Shown here piece after piece: positions 39,201 through 48,721 of a stretch of 55,290 nucleotides of DNA. Under the pieces are notes generated by a model, which ran no database searches, was not told the origin of the DNA, and saw nothing but the letters and a program-made list of their open reading frames with translations. Where the stretch lies: the IMG/VR virus record IMGVR_UViG_3300023180_000023; one strand, 5' to 3'. The position numbers and the translations under genes are program-made. Position 1 is the stretch's first letter. Every line of letters begins with the position of its first letter. The DNA comes from an uncultured virus (IMG/VR IMGVR_UViG_3300023180_000023) (taxonomy: Duplodnaviria; Heunggongvirae; Uroviricota; Caudoviricetes).

Positions 39201-42200
39201 TATGATTGAATAATATTATCAAGGGATACTACCATTTGATCAATATCGTACTGATCATTTTCCAAATAAGTTTGTGTAATTGGATCTAAGATTTTTAACT
39301 CAAAAGTGCTCTTTACTCCATCAAACTGACTTGAAAAATCTTCAAAAGTAGCAACTACTGAAGATTTTAATTCTTTAACGTCAGTTAGCAATCTATTAAT
39401 AACCTCTACTTCATCAAATCCAGCGTTTCTAGCAATAATATAATTATTTTTTTGCTTCAATCTTGCTACAGATGAAATATCAGTTGAAATTTTAACTGTA
39501 GTTGCTGCTGATGGTTTTGCTGTGATTGCATTTGTAATTGCAGTTTTTGCAAACAGGTTAAATCCTGTTGGGTGTGCTGCTTTTTGATAGTTATCTTTCC
39601 AATTATTAAATGGTACATCGATACCAATTTCATAAGCATATTTTTGATATCTAAAACTATCTTGGATTTTTAATGCATTAATCCCAAGGAATGATTTAGA
39701 ATTCAAGAATTGTTTAGGTGTTTCAATCAGTGCATTAAGTGTTCCATCACATTCTACACCAAATGTTTCACTAATGTAACCAAAAGAAGAAGAACTTGCA
39801 CCAGTCACTCTATCATTGACTTTTGCCTCATAATTAGTTTTCTCAATTCTTAAAATTGAATTATTTGGTTGCCATCCTTGCTGCCTGGATACAAATCCAA
39901 ACAATGCAGGATTATCATTAAATATTACTTTTTCACCCGCAATGAAAGTTGATTTTTCAACAATTGCAGTTAATTCAGCAGTTCTCTCTGCTAAAATAAG
40001 TTGATAGTAAAGTGGTTCTTCTGGTGTTGTAATATAATCTCTTGGATTTACTGCTAACTGACTTCCTGGTAAAAGTTTTGCAGAAACGGTAGAAGAACCC
40101 AGTGTTGCATAGAATGTGACAGTGCTATCTGCAGATTGTAGATCACCATTGGCATCATTATAGAATGCTCTTAAAATGAATGAATCATCATCTCGAATAT
40201 ACCTTCTGAAACTAAATTTAAACAGAATTTCACCGTTAGCATTAACTGTGCAGAAGAATAATTTTTCAACTGTAATTGTTGGTGCAGTACTATATCCTAC
40301 TCCTGAAAAATCAACACTTACTCCACTAAAAACTTCATTTGTAATAATTGGAGTTAATACAGCATGATCTGAAGATCCAGAACCAAGTCCACCACCAGAA
40401 ACGACAATATTTGGAGTAAAGAGGAATCCCTCACCTTTGTTGGTAAGTGCTACCGATTTTACAATAAAGTTTCTATTAATTTTTGCAATTCTAGGAAATA
40501 CTAACGTTGGTTTTAGTGCGGGATTTGGATTATACCCATATCCTGAATTTACTGCAACAATACTATTAATTAAACCAATATTATTAGATACTGATTCTAA
40601 AATTGCTCCAGTTCCAGAAACAGATTCGACTCCTGAAATACTAGGAACAGTGTTGTAACCAAAACCACCAGAAGATAAAGTTACTACATCAATACCACCA
40701 GAAGCAGTTTTAGATATGGTGGTATACTTAATATTTGTTTGATTGTATAAAGATTCAAATAATAAATTGGTTTCTACTGGTACTTCAATAAATGAAGGTG
40801 AGGAATTTACTACAATATAGTCACCGTTAATGGGTTCTGGAGTAATATTCAATTTAACATCAATATGGAATCCATTAGAACCAGAAATTCTCATTACTAG
40901 TTCAGTTAGATTATAATCCTTAGGTCTAAGTGTAAATCTTTCTAAATTATCACTAATATCATAAACTCTTTCAATATCTAAATCAAAATACTCTTTCTGT
41001 TTTGTTGTGGTATTGGATGGTGTGTAGAAATTAACAAAAATGTTATCAGAACTTGGATCTAATTCAAAAACGTAGTTTGAGTTTTCATACAAAACTAAAG
41101 ATGTTCCAATACCAGTTAAAATTGGATTTCCACCGTTATAAGCATACGATATTGTATAGTTTACTGTTTGTGCAGTAGCAGCAGAAATTGAAATGTTCTC
41201 ATTAAGAACAATATCTGAATTTTGAACAGAAAGACGTGCTAATCTTTGATTAGTTGAGTACGATTGAACTCTAGCATTAACAAAAGTCAAACGATATACA
41301 GAAGTTCTTGGATAGTGTGCTGCAATGATACTATCATATGCCTGTCTCTCCAAAACCAAAGTATGCTTATAAGTCGATGCTTTAATATCAGTATTTGGTA
41401 CAATTAAATTTGGATTTGCAAGTAATTGTTGCTCAGTTGGATATGTTGCTGATGTTGAAATTACAGCAGTGGGGTTTGCAGCATAAGTGTAAATATTGGT
41501 ATCAAAAATTAAATCTTCAATATCTCCATCATTGTTCAATTGAACAACTGCTTGATCAAATGGTACTCCAATTGGAGCATTACTATTCTCTTGCTTCACT
41601 CCATTAAGGTACAAGTAATATTGAGTGCCAAATTGAGTTCCAGTTCCATCATCAATTTTAGTAGCAACTACTTCATACTGCTTTTCTACTCTAATATTGA
41701 CAACTTTAAAGATTTCATTATCAATTTTAATAATATCGTTGATCAAAAATTCAGAACTATCAAATACATCAATTTCATCTAATAATACAATTGGATCATC
41801 AGCACTATGAGATGTAACAAATGATTCATACCCTCTTTCTACTAATGCTGTATTGTTAGTAATATCAATCTTCAACACTCTCATGTATTCATTATTAATT
41901 TTAATGATTCTTTTGTAATTTGAGAAGAAATCATTAATAGTACAGTTAGCAAAAGTTTTCAACTCAATTAATTTTGTAGATTGAGTGATGTTGTTTACTA
42001 ATGCTGCTGTTTGTTGGGTAGTACCAATCGCCACAGTTGAAACATCAACACCTGTCAGTTCAGTAAACGTGAGTAATTGTGTAGTTAGATCATTATCGTA
42101 AATTACTTCATCTCTAACAGGTACATCTCCAGAAACATTTTCCAAATACGCTTTTTTATTGATCTGATCAATTGCATAGATGTCTGCAGTAAATCCATCA

Positions 42201-45200
42201 GCAGTTTTAATTGTTGCACCAACTCCAAATGGAATATTTTCATCTTTATATTCTAATAGATCATATAAATCAGAAGTTACTGAAGTAACGGGTTTTCCTC
42301 TAAGAATACTTACAAATCCAGCAGCACCAAAACCACCAGTATCAGAATCATCAAATGTTACAGTATCTCCAATTTTATAACCAGTTCCAGAAGAAATAAC
42401 AGAAACGCTATCTACTTTAGCATCATCTGAAATTGGAACTCCAGATACTTGGAACTTACCAACATCTAATGGTTTTGGTACAGAATTTGAGTATGGAGAA
42501 AGGTATCTTTTAACATTAGTGAGATTTTCTGGTCTAATACCCTCAAGGAAGTTAAATTCTTCATATACTTCACCTGCAAACTCAGGACCAATAAAATATG
42601 GGTATCCAATTCTCTTATTATTACGATTAACCGTCATAAAGTAAGCATATACACCATTGGGATACTCTGGTGTTATACAATATCTTCCATTCTGCCTATC
42701 TAACGTAGCAACGTTAATATTCCACTTATAATCTTCTTGGAATGAACCTTTAGTATATGTTCCTAAAATTCCAACATTTCTAATTGCTGGGGTTTCTGCA
42801 TTTGATTTAATTTGATATCCAGATACCATTCTAATAACATCAGAATTAGCATCTAATGGATTTTCATATCCAAATGGACCATAGATAGGTGCTCCATCTA
42901 GAGCAAAACCAATAATTGGAGAATGTCCTGTGTTTGTATTTAATGCAATCGTTTCAACTTTACCTGTTTGTGGATTTGTCAATCCAAGTTCACGGGGGAA
43001 ACCTAATACTGAATATTTTTTGCCAAATTTAGTACCTGTGTCTGTAGAAATAACATTATCGCCATAAAGATATCCACCATTATTATTAAAATAATAGAAA
43101 TCATTTGCGGTATTCCAATTATTGATTAAATTCCAAGATTCTACTGAAATATTAAAAATTGCTCCACTACCTGACTCGTAGATTTTTGCTACGGTATTGA
43201 TATTTGAATAATTAATACCTGCATTCAATACTACATAATCATCAATAGATTTAGTTTGAGCATTCCATTGTGCATAAATTCTACCACCAAATCCTTGCCC
43301 AGATTCATCTACTACTTCAACGATAGGAGATGAATTATAACCATTACCAGCATTAACTACCTGTGCTTCTACAATACGACCATTTTCAATAGTAATTGAG
43401 GCAGATGCAGCAACACCATATGATACCTCATAGTTTGGATCCCTATCGTAGAATGACCCTGGATCGTCAATAACGACCTGTCCGATAGGTCCACCTACAA
43501 ACAGATCTACAACGGCATCGAAGGGCACTGTGGTGCCCACTGGCAGTTGATTTCTAGTGATGTTGTAGGATGGGGAAATTGATATAGTAGGTTGTTTTGT
43601 GTATCCAAATCCTGGATCGACAACTCTAATTTTAGAAATTTTACCTTTTACAACAATTGCTTGAAGTGTTGCTGGTCTAAAGTTTTCTCCAGTGTAAACA
43701 TTATCAGTAGGATCTTTCTCAAGAGTAACTAATGTGTTACTTGGATAACCTTGTCCACTATCTAATACATAAACTTCTTTAACGCCACCATTTACAATTA
43801 ACGAAGCACTAGCACCTGTCCCAGAATTATCTAATGGAGAATCGATAGAAAGAGTTGGTGGATTGTTGACGTTATAGTTATCTCCACCATCAACAATATC
43901 AATACGCTTTACACCACCTCTAATAAAAGTAGTAGAACTCTTCCAATTGTAAATTACAGTGCCATCACGAAGAAATCCTACAGGACTGTTAGGTTGAGTA
44001 GAAAATCTAAAACCTTCTGATGTCTTTTTAAATGTTCTAGGAATTTTCTTTAAAATTCTAGCATCTTCAATTAAAACATTTTTATTGTTAAGAGTTGTAG
44101 AGGGTGCAATATCATAATAAGGCAATCCAGATGTATACAGATAAACTGCATCTTCATCAGTATATGCTGATGTTATACCTGGAAGATAATCATATCTTAA
44201 CTCTACAGGCAATACATCATTGAATTGCCAACCAGAAACCAATAGATCAGTTTCTTCAATAACATCACTTACAAATCCAAAATCACCTTTTTGGTAATAA
44301 GTGTAGTTCTTATCAATTTCAAATCCCAAAACGCCAGCATAAATTACAAAATACGAATCTGGTCTATCTTTAACAGTAGCAAGTGTTCTACCTTCATACA
44401 CTTTATCACTTACTGCATAATATTCTGGTAAATTATCAATAACAAAATAATTCTCTTCTTTGTCTGAATATTCTACAATACTATTATTGATTCTAAGAAA
44501 TCCACTATTTGCAAATCCATACGTAGAATCTACATACAGTTTATTCTCTTGAATTTGTGCAGTAATAATAGTGAAATTTGTGGGTACAATAGTTTCTGCA
44601 TTTGCAATCTCTGCTTCATATACTTGACTTGCAAATGTATAAACGTTTTCAGTAGTTTGTACTGGATATTCAGTATTTAACTGAATTAATGAGTTTCCAC
44701 TAAGTTCAGGAATGTAATAATCATCTAAGGTCTGAATACGTACAATATTCTTACTTTGATAGATGGCATCAGAAGGTGCCATCAAATATTCATTATAATT
44801 CAGTAATTGTGGTTGCTTCTGGAAAAGGAACTTAAAGTAGAAGTCAATGCCACTAGGAGTTCCCTTAGATAAGTAGAAATCCTTAATTCTCTTGAGGAGA
44901 AGGTTAAAGTTGACATTATTGAGATTATCTGCTAAGATATTCTTAGGAAAATCAGAAAGATACTGTGCTCTGAGTTTCTCTAAGAAATAAAGAACATAAG
45001 CATATGATTGGTTGTATACAACTGAGGTAACACTATGGGATACATCAATCGTTGAAATATTTGCAGTAAATCCAGTATCAATGTCTAAATCATTATAAGT
45101 AAATCCACGCTTACACTCTTTAAAGACCGTGAGTTTTGTCTCACCATCTAAAACGTGCTCTCTGGTCTTATACAGGATTACTTCGTCGTTGATTTTAAGT

Positions 45201-45478
45201 AATCCATCATTTTTTGGAAATTCAACATAGTCAAGCACAGTGATCTCACTCTGTCCCTGTAATACGGGAGCAGTTAATGTTGCAGTAAGATCTACCCCAC
45301 TATACGTGTCAATATCTACCAGATCTAACGTGCTATTAATTAAATCTAAAGGATTACTATTGACTTCTAAAAATTTATAGTAATCTTTTAAAAAATTAAC
45401 TAAATTTGGATACTCGTTCGGATAGTATTGAGGAATTTGACCTCTAATACAAGACGATACTTTTAAATCGTTTAACAT
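36227..45478 (-). CDS. gp7: Baseplate wedge initiator gp7 (3083 aa) with a YHYH-like domain and GSGY repeats
   Basis: FLKDYYKFLE; IKDFYLSKGT...FKFLF; KIQDSFRYQKYAYEI...HPTGFNLF; YHYH-family segment HSPIIGFALDGAPIYGPFGY...LDRQNGRYCITPEYPNGVYAYF (~42585-42930); lies between gp6 and gp8. Confidence 0.85.
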   Translation of the reverse strand: MLNDLKVSSCIRGQIPQYYPNEYPNLVNFLKDYYKFLEVNSNPLDLINSTLDLVDIDTYSGVDLTATLTAPVLQGQSEITVLDYVEFPKNDGLLKINDEVILYKTREHVLDGETKLTVFKECKRGFTYNDLDIDTGFTANISTIDVSHSVTSVVYNQSYAYVLYFLEKLRAQYLSDFPKNILADNLNNVNFNLLLKRIKDFYLSKGTPSGIDFYFKFLFQKQPQLLNYNEYLMAPSDAIYQSKNIVRIQTLDDYYIPELSGNSLIQLNTEYPVQTTENVYTFASQVYEAEIANAETIVPTNFTIITAQIQENKLYVDSTYGFANSGFLRINNSIVEYSDKEENYFVIDNLPEYYAVSDKVYEGRTLATVKDRPDSYFVIYAGVLGFEIDKNYTYYQKGDFGFVSDVIEETDLLVSGWQFNDVLPVELRYDYLPGITSAYTDEDAVYLYTSGLPYYDIAPSTTLNNKNVLIEDARILKKIPRTFKKTSEGFRFSTQPNSPVGFLRDGTVIYNWKSSTTFIRGGVKRIDIVDGGDNYNVNNPPTLSIDSPLDNSGTGASASLIVNGGVKEVYVLDSGQGYPSNTLVTLEKDPTDNVYTGENFRPATLQAIVVKGKISKIRVVDPGFGYTKQPTISISPSYNITRNQLPVGTTVPFDAVVDLFVGGPIGQVVIDDPGSFYDRDPNYEVSYGVAASASITIENGRIVEAQVVNAGNGYNSSPIVEVVDESGQGFGGRIYAQWNAQTKSIDDYVVLNAGINYSNINTVAKIYESGSGAIFNISVESWNLINNWNTANDFYYFNNNGGYLYGDNVISTDTGTKFGKKYSVLGFPRELGLTNPQTGKVETIALNTNTGHSPIIGFALDGAPIYGPFGYENPLDANSDVIRMVSGYQIKSNAETPAIRNVGILGTYTKGSFQEDYKWNINVATLDRQNGRYCITPEYPNGVYAYFMTVNRNNKRIGYPYFIGPEFAGEVYEEFNFLEGIRPENLTNVKRYLSPYSNSVPKPLDVGKFQVSGVPISDDAKVDSVSVISSGTGYKIGDTVTFDDSDTGGFGAAGFVSILRGKPVTSVTSDLYDLLEYKDENIPFGVGATIKTADGFTADIYAIDQINKKAYLENVSGDVPVRDEVIYDNDLTTQLLTFTELTGVDVSTVAIGTTQQTAALVNNITQSTKLIELKTFANCTINDFFSNYKRIIKINNEYMRVLKIDITNNTALVERGYESFVTSHSADDPIVLLDEIDVFDSSEFLINDIIKIDNEIFKVVNIRVEKQYEVVATKIDDGTGTQFGTQYYLYLNGVKQENSNAPIGVPFDQAVVQLNNDGDIEDLIFDTNIYTYAANPTAVISTSATYPTEQQLLANPNLIVPNTDIKASTYKHTLVLERQAYDSIIAAHYPRTSVYRLTFVNARVQSYSTNQRLARLSVQNSDIVLNENISISAATAQTVNYTISYAYNGGNPILTGIGTSLVLYENSNYVFELDPSSDNIFVNFYTPSNTTTKQKEYFDLDIERVYDISDNLERFTLRPKDYNLTELVMRISGSNGFHIDVKLNITPEPINGDYIVVNSSPSFIEVPVETNLLFESLYNQTNIKYTTISKTASGGIDVVTLSSGGFGYNTVPSISGVESVSGTGAILESVSNNIGLINSIVAVNSGYGYNPNPALKPTLVFPRIAKINRNFIVKSVALTNKGEGFLFTPNIVVSGGGLGSGSSDHAVLTPIITNEVFSGVSVDFSGVGYSTAPTITVEKLFFCTVNANGEILFKFSFRRYIRDDDSFILRAFYNDANGDLQSADSTVTFYATLGSSTVSAKLLPGSQLAVNPRDYITTPEEPLYYQLILAERTAELTAIVEKSTFIAGEKVIFNDNPALFGFVSRQQGWQPNNSILRIEKTNYEAKVNDRVTGASSSSFGYISETFGVECDGTLNALIETPKQFLNSKSFLGINALKIQDSFRYQKYAYEIGIDVPFNNWKDNYQKAAHPTGFNLFAKTAITNAITAKPSAATTVKISTDISSVARLKQKNNYIIARNAGFDEVEVINRLLTDVKELKSSVVATFEDFSSQFDGVKSTFELKILDPITQTYLENDQYDIDQMVVSLDNIIQSYGTSWTVIDSSKEFNFTSVQQAGELLPSGEILTYRQFNEDAVIYNYAETSTSVTDTFTIRQQDTNLFPGSVYAPIVAEKWLVFVDGVHQQASSYTLTTDTITFSEDISTDSQISVRYISSLLANDFTSGSVTSGVAVALSNKPSITSKESYFVFVDGMLLSTSDYELDSNNNVVFNYGFTYDSLSVCIDSLGVSLDSSTHVLIENLYRYKIEDGSTEIPAGFSLNPEDYIVDIAGIIQTPFIAYSSATSGVRQILFNEPPQRYVDPDRVSGRQFIGLLYQREDAAGVTSTPNFQFDDVSRNIIHLKDNPQDFIIGDYVNTSTSSAAIVEKSVSTNRKVVETGYSGSVASSATFDIIVSDIKRLYVGDRVKFNSAFGMTSILDNELEISAIDRLTKTVTITNISPSTLTISIQQDTSIRFNRIYLVVDQLETTVPDRDDAFVANDTLLSGFISSQKTGITTIANEPFGILDVDTEITVNNASVFAQNDYVLLNNSEVVKITNIVSNTLTIVRSQLKTEASLSYGNGITVEKIIPQEVTVSQFFRGFDGDKTTFVLAEQEQPVFIEANKDLFIIVNGVLQIRGSSYQLNEVGGPSPYTEIVFFEPPQARTPFNAFYVGETIAIQDISPQFNGVDTLFDLRSTTGEIFSLLVQNYPDINVSANLLLFIDGVYQIPSSNLGDGVQSYPDSVSAFQLLGSSIEFTSAPRSGSSFEGYIFVGSSNDYKSTDIDATIEDGDIIIQSNEISPRKIFNITSATKMSVNTSSGVIDTTPNAGIEIAAGDYGWWKTDVLKVTRIRESLRARRTIPSTIIGFGGSSPYPLSGKTLYTISLQTIELDDLSSDLPQSPDDDSNLISFILPATANFPERAINATYTTYVPRLTSSSGSDELQGVKVGFDLPFNQILKLSGASAETFEDPSFVGWGVKPYIQITYGAGKTASIVNWDITNQIIYLYLDDPLTPLTTADTLEGYTITDDSLVNEYQTLQIGDKSIYNF

Positions 45479-45480
45479 AT

Positions 45481-47328
45481 CTAACTAGATACTGGAATTT
45501 GACCTACACCTGATGTTCTCGATGAAGATGATAATTGGTCAACAATAGTAGTGACTTTAACATCTTCCTGTGCGATTGTAATATACAAATCACGTAATGC
45601 AACAATATCGTTAGACGCAGGGATAACAGAAAACTTAATATAACCTGTACCGTCTACTGTTCTGTTTACATTAATCGCACTAATATTTATTTCGCCTCTT
45701 TCATAGTCAATAAACCCAATGTTCTTGCTGTAATACCTCTTCTCACTTCCATCATAACGGAAAATAGCAAGAGTATTACTATTAGAAACTTTTTCAAAGT
45801 AGAATGTATAATTTGTATTTTCTCCTGTAATTTTAAACCCAGAAGAGATTACATCAGTGTTTGATGAAATTCTATTACCATAGCAAACTTGATACGAAGC
45901 AAAAATATTAGAAAGAACTTGTAAATTCTTTCTCAAACGAACTCTGGTAATGTTTGAGGTAATACCAGGATCAGAATCATCAATTTCTGCTACTAATTTA
46001 CTGTATTTGAATTTACCATTGAATCTGTTAATGTCTTTAGACGATCCAAAGTTAAAAATAGTTTTCTTGACCAGTTCATTTACCTGTGTAGAAGACCTAC
46101 GAGTTCTATTGGCATCATAATAAACATAAGAATCAAATTCTAGGTAAACGTATGATGGATCAAGAATTTCAGGAACAACAGAAAGTACGCTATAGTTCTT
46201 GATCGACTTTTGAAGTTCTTGCTTACCTGTAGTAGTAAGTTTTTCTGCTCCTACTGGTTTTGCAACGATGAATACTTTACCATACTGAGGTGGTTCAGCA
46301 TCTTCTCCACCAAATACTGATAATGAGTCAAGATTAGGATATAGATCTGCTACAAGGGTCTCATAATCTCTTACAGTGACTGCTCTCTTCTGAGATGCAT
46401 AGAATCTAGGAGCAAGATACTTGATAGAACTGATACTTTCAGGTTGTGCTCCTTCAACAGAAGAAATATTTGTGGTAATTACTGGATTTACGTCTGTAAT
46501 TACAGTATTGTTATATTGTAATGTTCCTACAAAGTTAAATTCACTACATTCATTGCCACTATCCATATTAGTGACCAAATACTCCATAGTGATGATATCT
46601 TTATTCTTTAATTTACGTCCAAAAACGTCATCACCGAAAATAACTTCGTATCTCTCAGTTTTGGTCTCTTGTAAGAAGTATACTTTATCAGCAGCACCAA
46701 TTTCGGTGATGTCTCTTACAGTTCTATACGTTTGTGGGATGTCGTTATTAATTTCATCAACAATAACTCTCAAAGTTCCTACATCAGCATTCTCATTAGG
46801 AATGATAAACTTTTGTTTTGTTGATGTATCAACAACGTAACTGATATTTAAGATATTTCCTTGATAAACTTCTAATTGACTGAAAGTAATCTTCCTGACA
46901 CCGTTTACGTCGATGTATGCTTCTCTTGTAGTATCGTCTAGAAGCGAAAATACAAAAGTCCCCTCACCGTTGGACCCAGTAAACGCTACACCCTTCTTCA
47001 GGGTCAATACAGGGATCGATGGGGGGACTTCTATATCGACTGTGATAGTCGCTTTTGCTGCTTTTGCTGATCTAGGAGTATATCCGATCAATTTTGCAAG
47101 TGAAACGACATTCTCTCTGATAGATGCACTATCAAAGAACACCTCATTAGCAACAAGGTTAGCGTTAACTGCAGAATAGTAAGTATTATACGCTAAAACA
47201 TCCAGAAGTTGAGATAATACCGAACCTTCAAAATTGTAGTCAGTAAAAGTTTCAGAAGCACGTAGGTACTCCTTTAAACTTGTCTTAATATCCTCAAAAT
47301 CTAGATTTGTTACTTGGTTAAATGCCAT
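45481..47328 (-). CDS. gp6: Baseplate wedge subunit gp6 (615 aa)
   Basis: LDFEDIKTSLKEYL..FTDYNFEGSVLSQLLDVLAYNTYY; FGDDVFG; APRFYASQKRAVTVRDY; GGEDAEPPQYGKVFI. Confidence 0.95.
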   Translation of the reverse strand: MAFNQVTNLDFEDIKTSLKEYLRASETFTDYNFEGSVLSQLLDVLAYNTYYSAVNANLVANEVFFDSASIRENVVSLAKLIGYTPRSAKAAKATITVDIEVPPSIPVLTLKKGVAFTGSNGEGTFVFSLLDDTTREAYIDVNGVRKITFSQLEVYQGNILNISYVVDTSTKQKFIIPNENADVGTLRVIVDEINNDIPQTYRTVRDITEIGAADKVYFLQETKTERYEVIFGDDVFGRKLKNKDIITMEYLVTNMDSGNECSEFNFVGTLQYNNTVITDVNPVITTNISSVEGAQPESISSIKYLAPRFYASQKRAVTVRDYETLVADLYPNLDSLSVFGGEDAEPPQYGKVFIVAKPVGAEKLTTTGKQELQKSIKNYSVLSVVPEILDPSYVYLEFDSYVYYDANRTRRSSTQVNELVKKTIFNFGSSKDINRFNGKFKYSKLVAEIDDSDPGITSNITRVRLRKNLQVLSNIFASYQVCYGNRISSNTDVISSGFKITGENTNYTFYFEKVSNSNTLAIFRYDGSEKRYYSKNIGFIDYERGEINISAINVNRTVDGTGYIKFSVIPASNDIVALRDLYITIAQEDVKVTTIVDQLSSSSRTSGVGQIPVSS

Positions 47329-47720
47329 TATACCCTTTCTAAGATAAGATTAAGTGACTGTGGATCAAGTGGTATCCCAACAATTCTATATTCGATAGTT
47401 ACGTCCAGAGAGTTATTATCAATGTCGTCAACGAAGATAACTTCTAATACTTCAACTCTAGGTTCATATGCACGTAGAGCATCTTCAATAGCAACGGTGA
47501 TAGTGTCACTAACAACAATGTCAAAATTGTCAAAAAGTGCTGAACTTGCAGTACTACCAAAAAATGGGCGAAATGGTCGTTCACCACGGGCAGTCAAAAC
47601 GATGTGCTTTACCGATTGTTTGATGGCATCTACATTTTTAAGAAGAGGTAAGTCCCCAGTCAGGGGATTTTTCTCAAAATTAGGGTTCAGATCAACAAAT
47701 TTTTTGGATACTGTTGCCAT
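47328..47720 (-). CDS. gp25: Baseplate wedge subunit gp25 (130 aa)
   Basis: AIKQSVKHIVLTARGERPFRPFFGS and YEPRVEV motifs of the GPW/gp25 family. Confidence 0.92.
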   Translation of the reverse strand: MATVSKKFVDLNPNFEKNPLTGDLPLLKNVDAIKQSVKHIVLTARGERPFRPFFGSTASSALFDNFDIVVSDTITVAIEDALRAYEPRVEVLEVIFVDDIDNNSLDVTIEYRIVGIPLDPQSLNLILERV

Positions 47721-47745
47721 TTTACTTGGTTTTATATTTTATATA

Positions 47746-47946
47746 TCAGGTTAACCACTCAGCATAGTCGTCAAAACCCCCCTTTCCACCACATGGTCGA
47801 GAAAGTCGGTCTTTTGGGGGGTTATTTTTCGGTTTTGATGCTTTTTTAAGGTAATAATCAGCAACTGGATTGGTAATTAGGCATTTTGTGCCGAATTCTG
47901 CCTCCATTTGAACAGGATCATAATCTGGATTTGGATAATTTGCCAT
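47746..47946 (-). CDS. Hypothetical protein (66 aa; start moved from 48015 to the ATG at 47946)
   Basis: MANYPNPDYDP... The late promoter at 48003-48010 falls inside the longer track ORF, which favours the downstream ATG. Confidence 0.6.
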   Translation of the reverse strand: MANYPNPDYDPVQMEAEFGTKCLITNPVADYYLKKASKPKNNPPKDRLSRPCGGKGGFDDYAEWLT

Positions 47947-48002
47947 TTTTTCCTCCAAAAATCTGTTTCCAGAACTTTTTGGGAGGTTGCTATCTCCAAA
48001 TT

Positions 48003-48010
48003 TATTTATT
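48003..48010 (-). promoter_or_regulatory. Late promoter AATAAATA
   Basis: NATAAATA match overlapping the TAA of the PRTase-like gene. Confidence 0.6.
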
Positions 48011-48509
48011 GCCAATGGTTATTGGGTTGTTCCCACCAAAAATGAAGGTCTATTTGACTATCTTGATAGTAAAGGGAGACGAAATCACTCTTAAATGTGC
48101 TTCCAATGTTCTCACATAGGGCAACAGTATAGTAATTACCCTCCATGAATTTCTCCATTGTCTGGGTAATCCAGGTGTAATTACCACCACGGATCACTCC
48201 TGCTTCAATAAGAACGAATTTTTTCCAATCTAATAACCACTCAGCATAGTTTAGTTCGAAATCTACCTGATACTTGAGGGGGTTTTCGTCAGGAAATGGC
48301 ACATTTACCGCTTCTATATGAAAAATCTCCCCATCCACGGACAGTGAATGGGAGAGATGCTGGGTTACAATACCAGAATAATCAGGAGAGACGCACAAAA
48401 AGCACGTATCAGAGGGGTGAATATCGAGATTTGCCCTCTTGATGCGGTACGTCATCTCCTGGATGAGCGCCATTTCCTTATCTTGAGAGATAAAGAGTAG
48501 GTCTTTCAT
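48006..48509 (-). CDS. Phosphoribosyltransferase-fold protein, divergent (167 aa)
   Basis: KFVLIEAGVIRGGNY resembles the type I PRTase PRPP loop (VLIVDDxxxTGGT); size and C-terminal FWWE also fit. Confidence 0.55.
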   Translation of the reverse strand: MKDLLFISQDKEMALIQEMTYRIKRANLDIHPSDTCFLCVSPDYSGIVTQHLSHSLSVDGEIFHIEAVNVPFPDENPLKYQVDFELNYAEWLLDWKKFVLIEAGVIRGGNYTWITQTMEKFMEGNYYTVALCENIGSTFKSDFVSLYYQDSQIDLHFWWEQPNNHWQ

Positions 48510-48658
48510 CAGCGACCTTGCCCACGATAACGCTTTTTACGTCCATTACGAGCAGTTGCGCTCAAAAGAGTGTGCTTAGAGCGCCCCTGGCGAGTTTTTT
48601 TCGGAGGTCCAGGTTGAAATTCGACGCGAGCCAGTCCAACTTTCGATTTAGCAGCCAT
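48509..48658 (-). CDS. Small basic protein (49 aa) ending KKRYRGQGR; missed by the ORF track
   Basis: Hand translation MAAKSKVGLARVEFQPGPPKKTRQGRSKHTLLSATARNGRKKRYRGQGR; TGATG coupling to the next gene; sigma70 promoter directly upstream. Confidence 0.8.
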   Translation of the reverse strand: MAAKSKVGLARVEFQPGPPKKTRQGRSKHTLLSATARNGRKKRYRGQGR

Positions 48659-48686
48659 AATTCAAGATTTTTTTGTGAACAACAGT

Positions 48687-48715
48687 AGTATAACAGGCAT
48701 TTCCCCGCCTGTCAA
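48687..48715 (-). promoter_or_regulatory. Near-consensus sigma70 promoter TTGACA-17nt-TATACT with an internal inverted repeat
   Basis: -35 at 48710-48715, -10 at 48687-48692, 17-nt spacer; ACAGGC/GCCTGT arms. Confidence 0.8.
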
Positions 48716-48721
48716 GGGGTT

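Noticed and set aside
48530..48565. Similarity of SATARNGRK to the ribosomal protein bL27 N-terminus (STRNGRD)
   Set aside because: Too short and compositionally biased to support homology.
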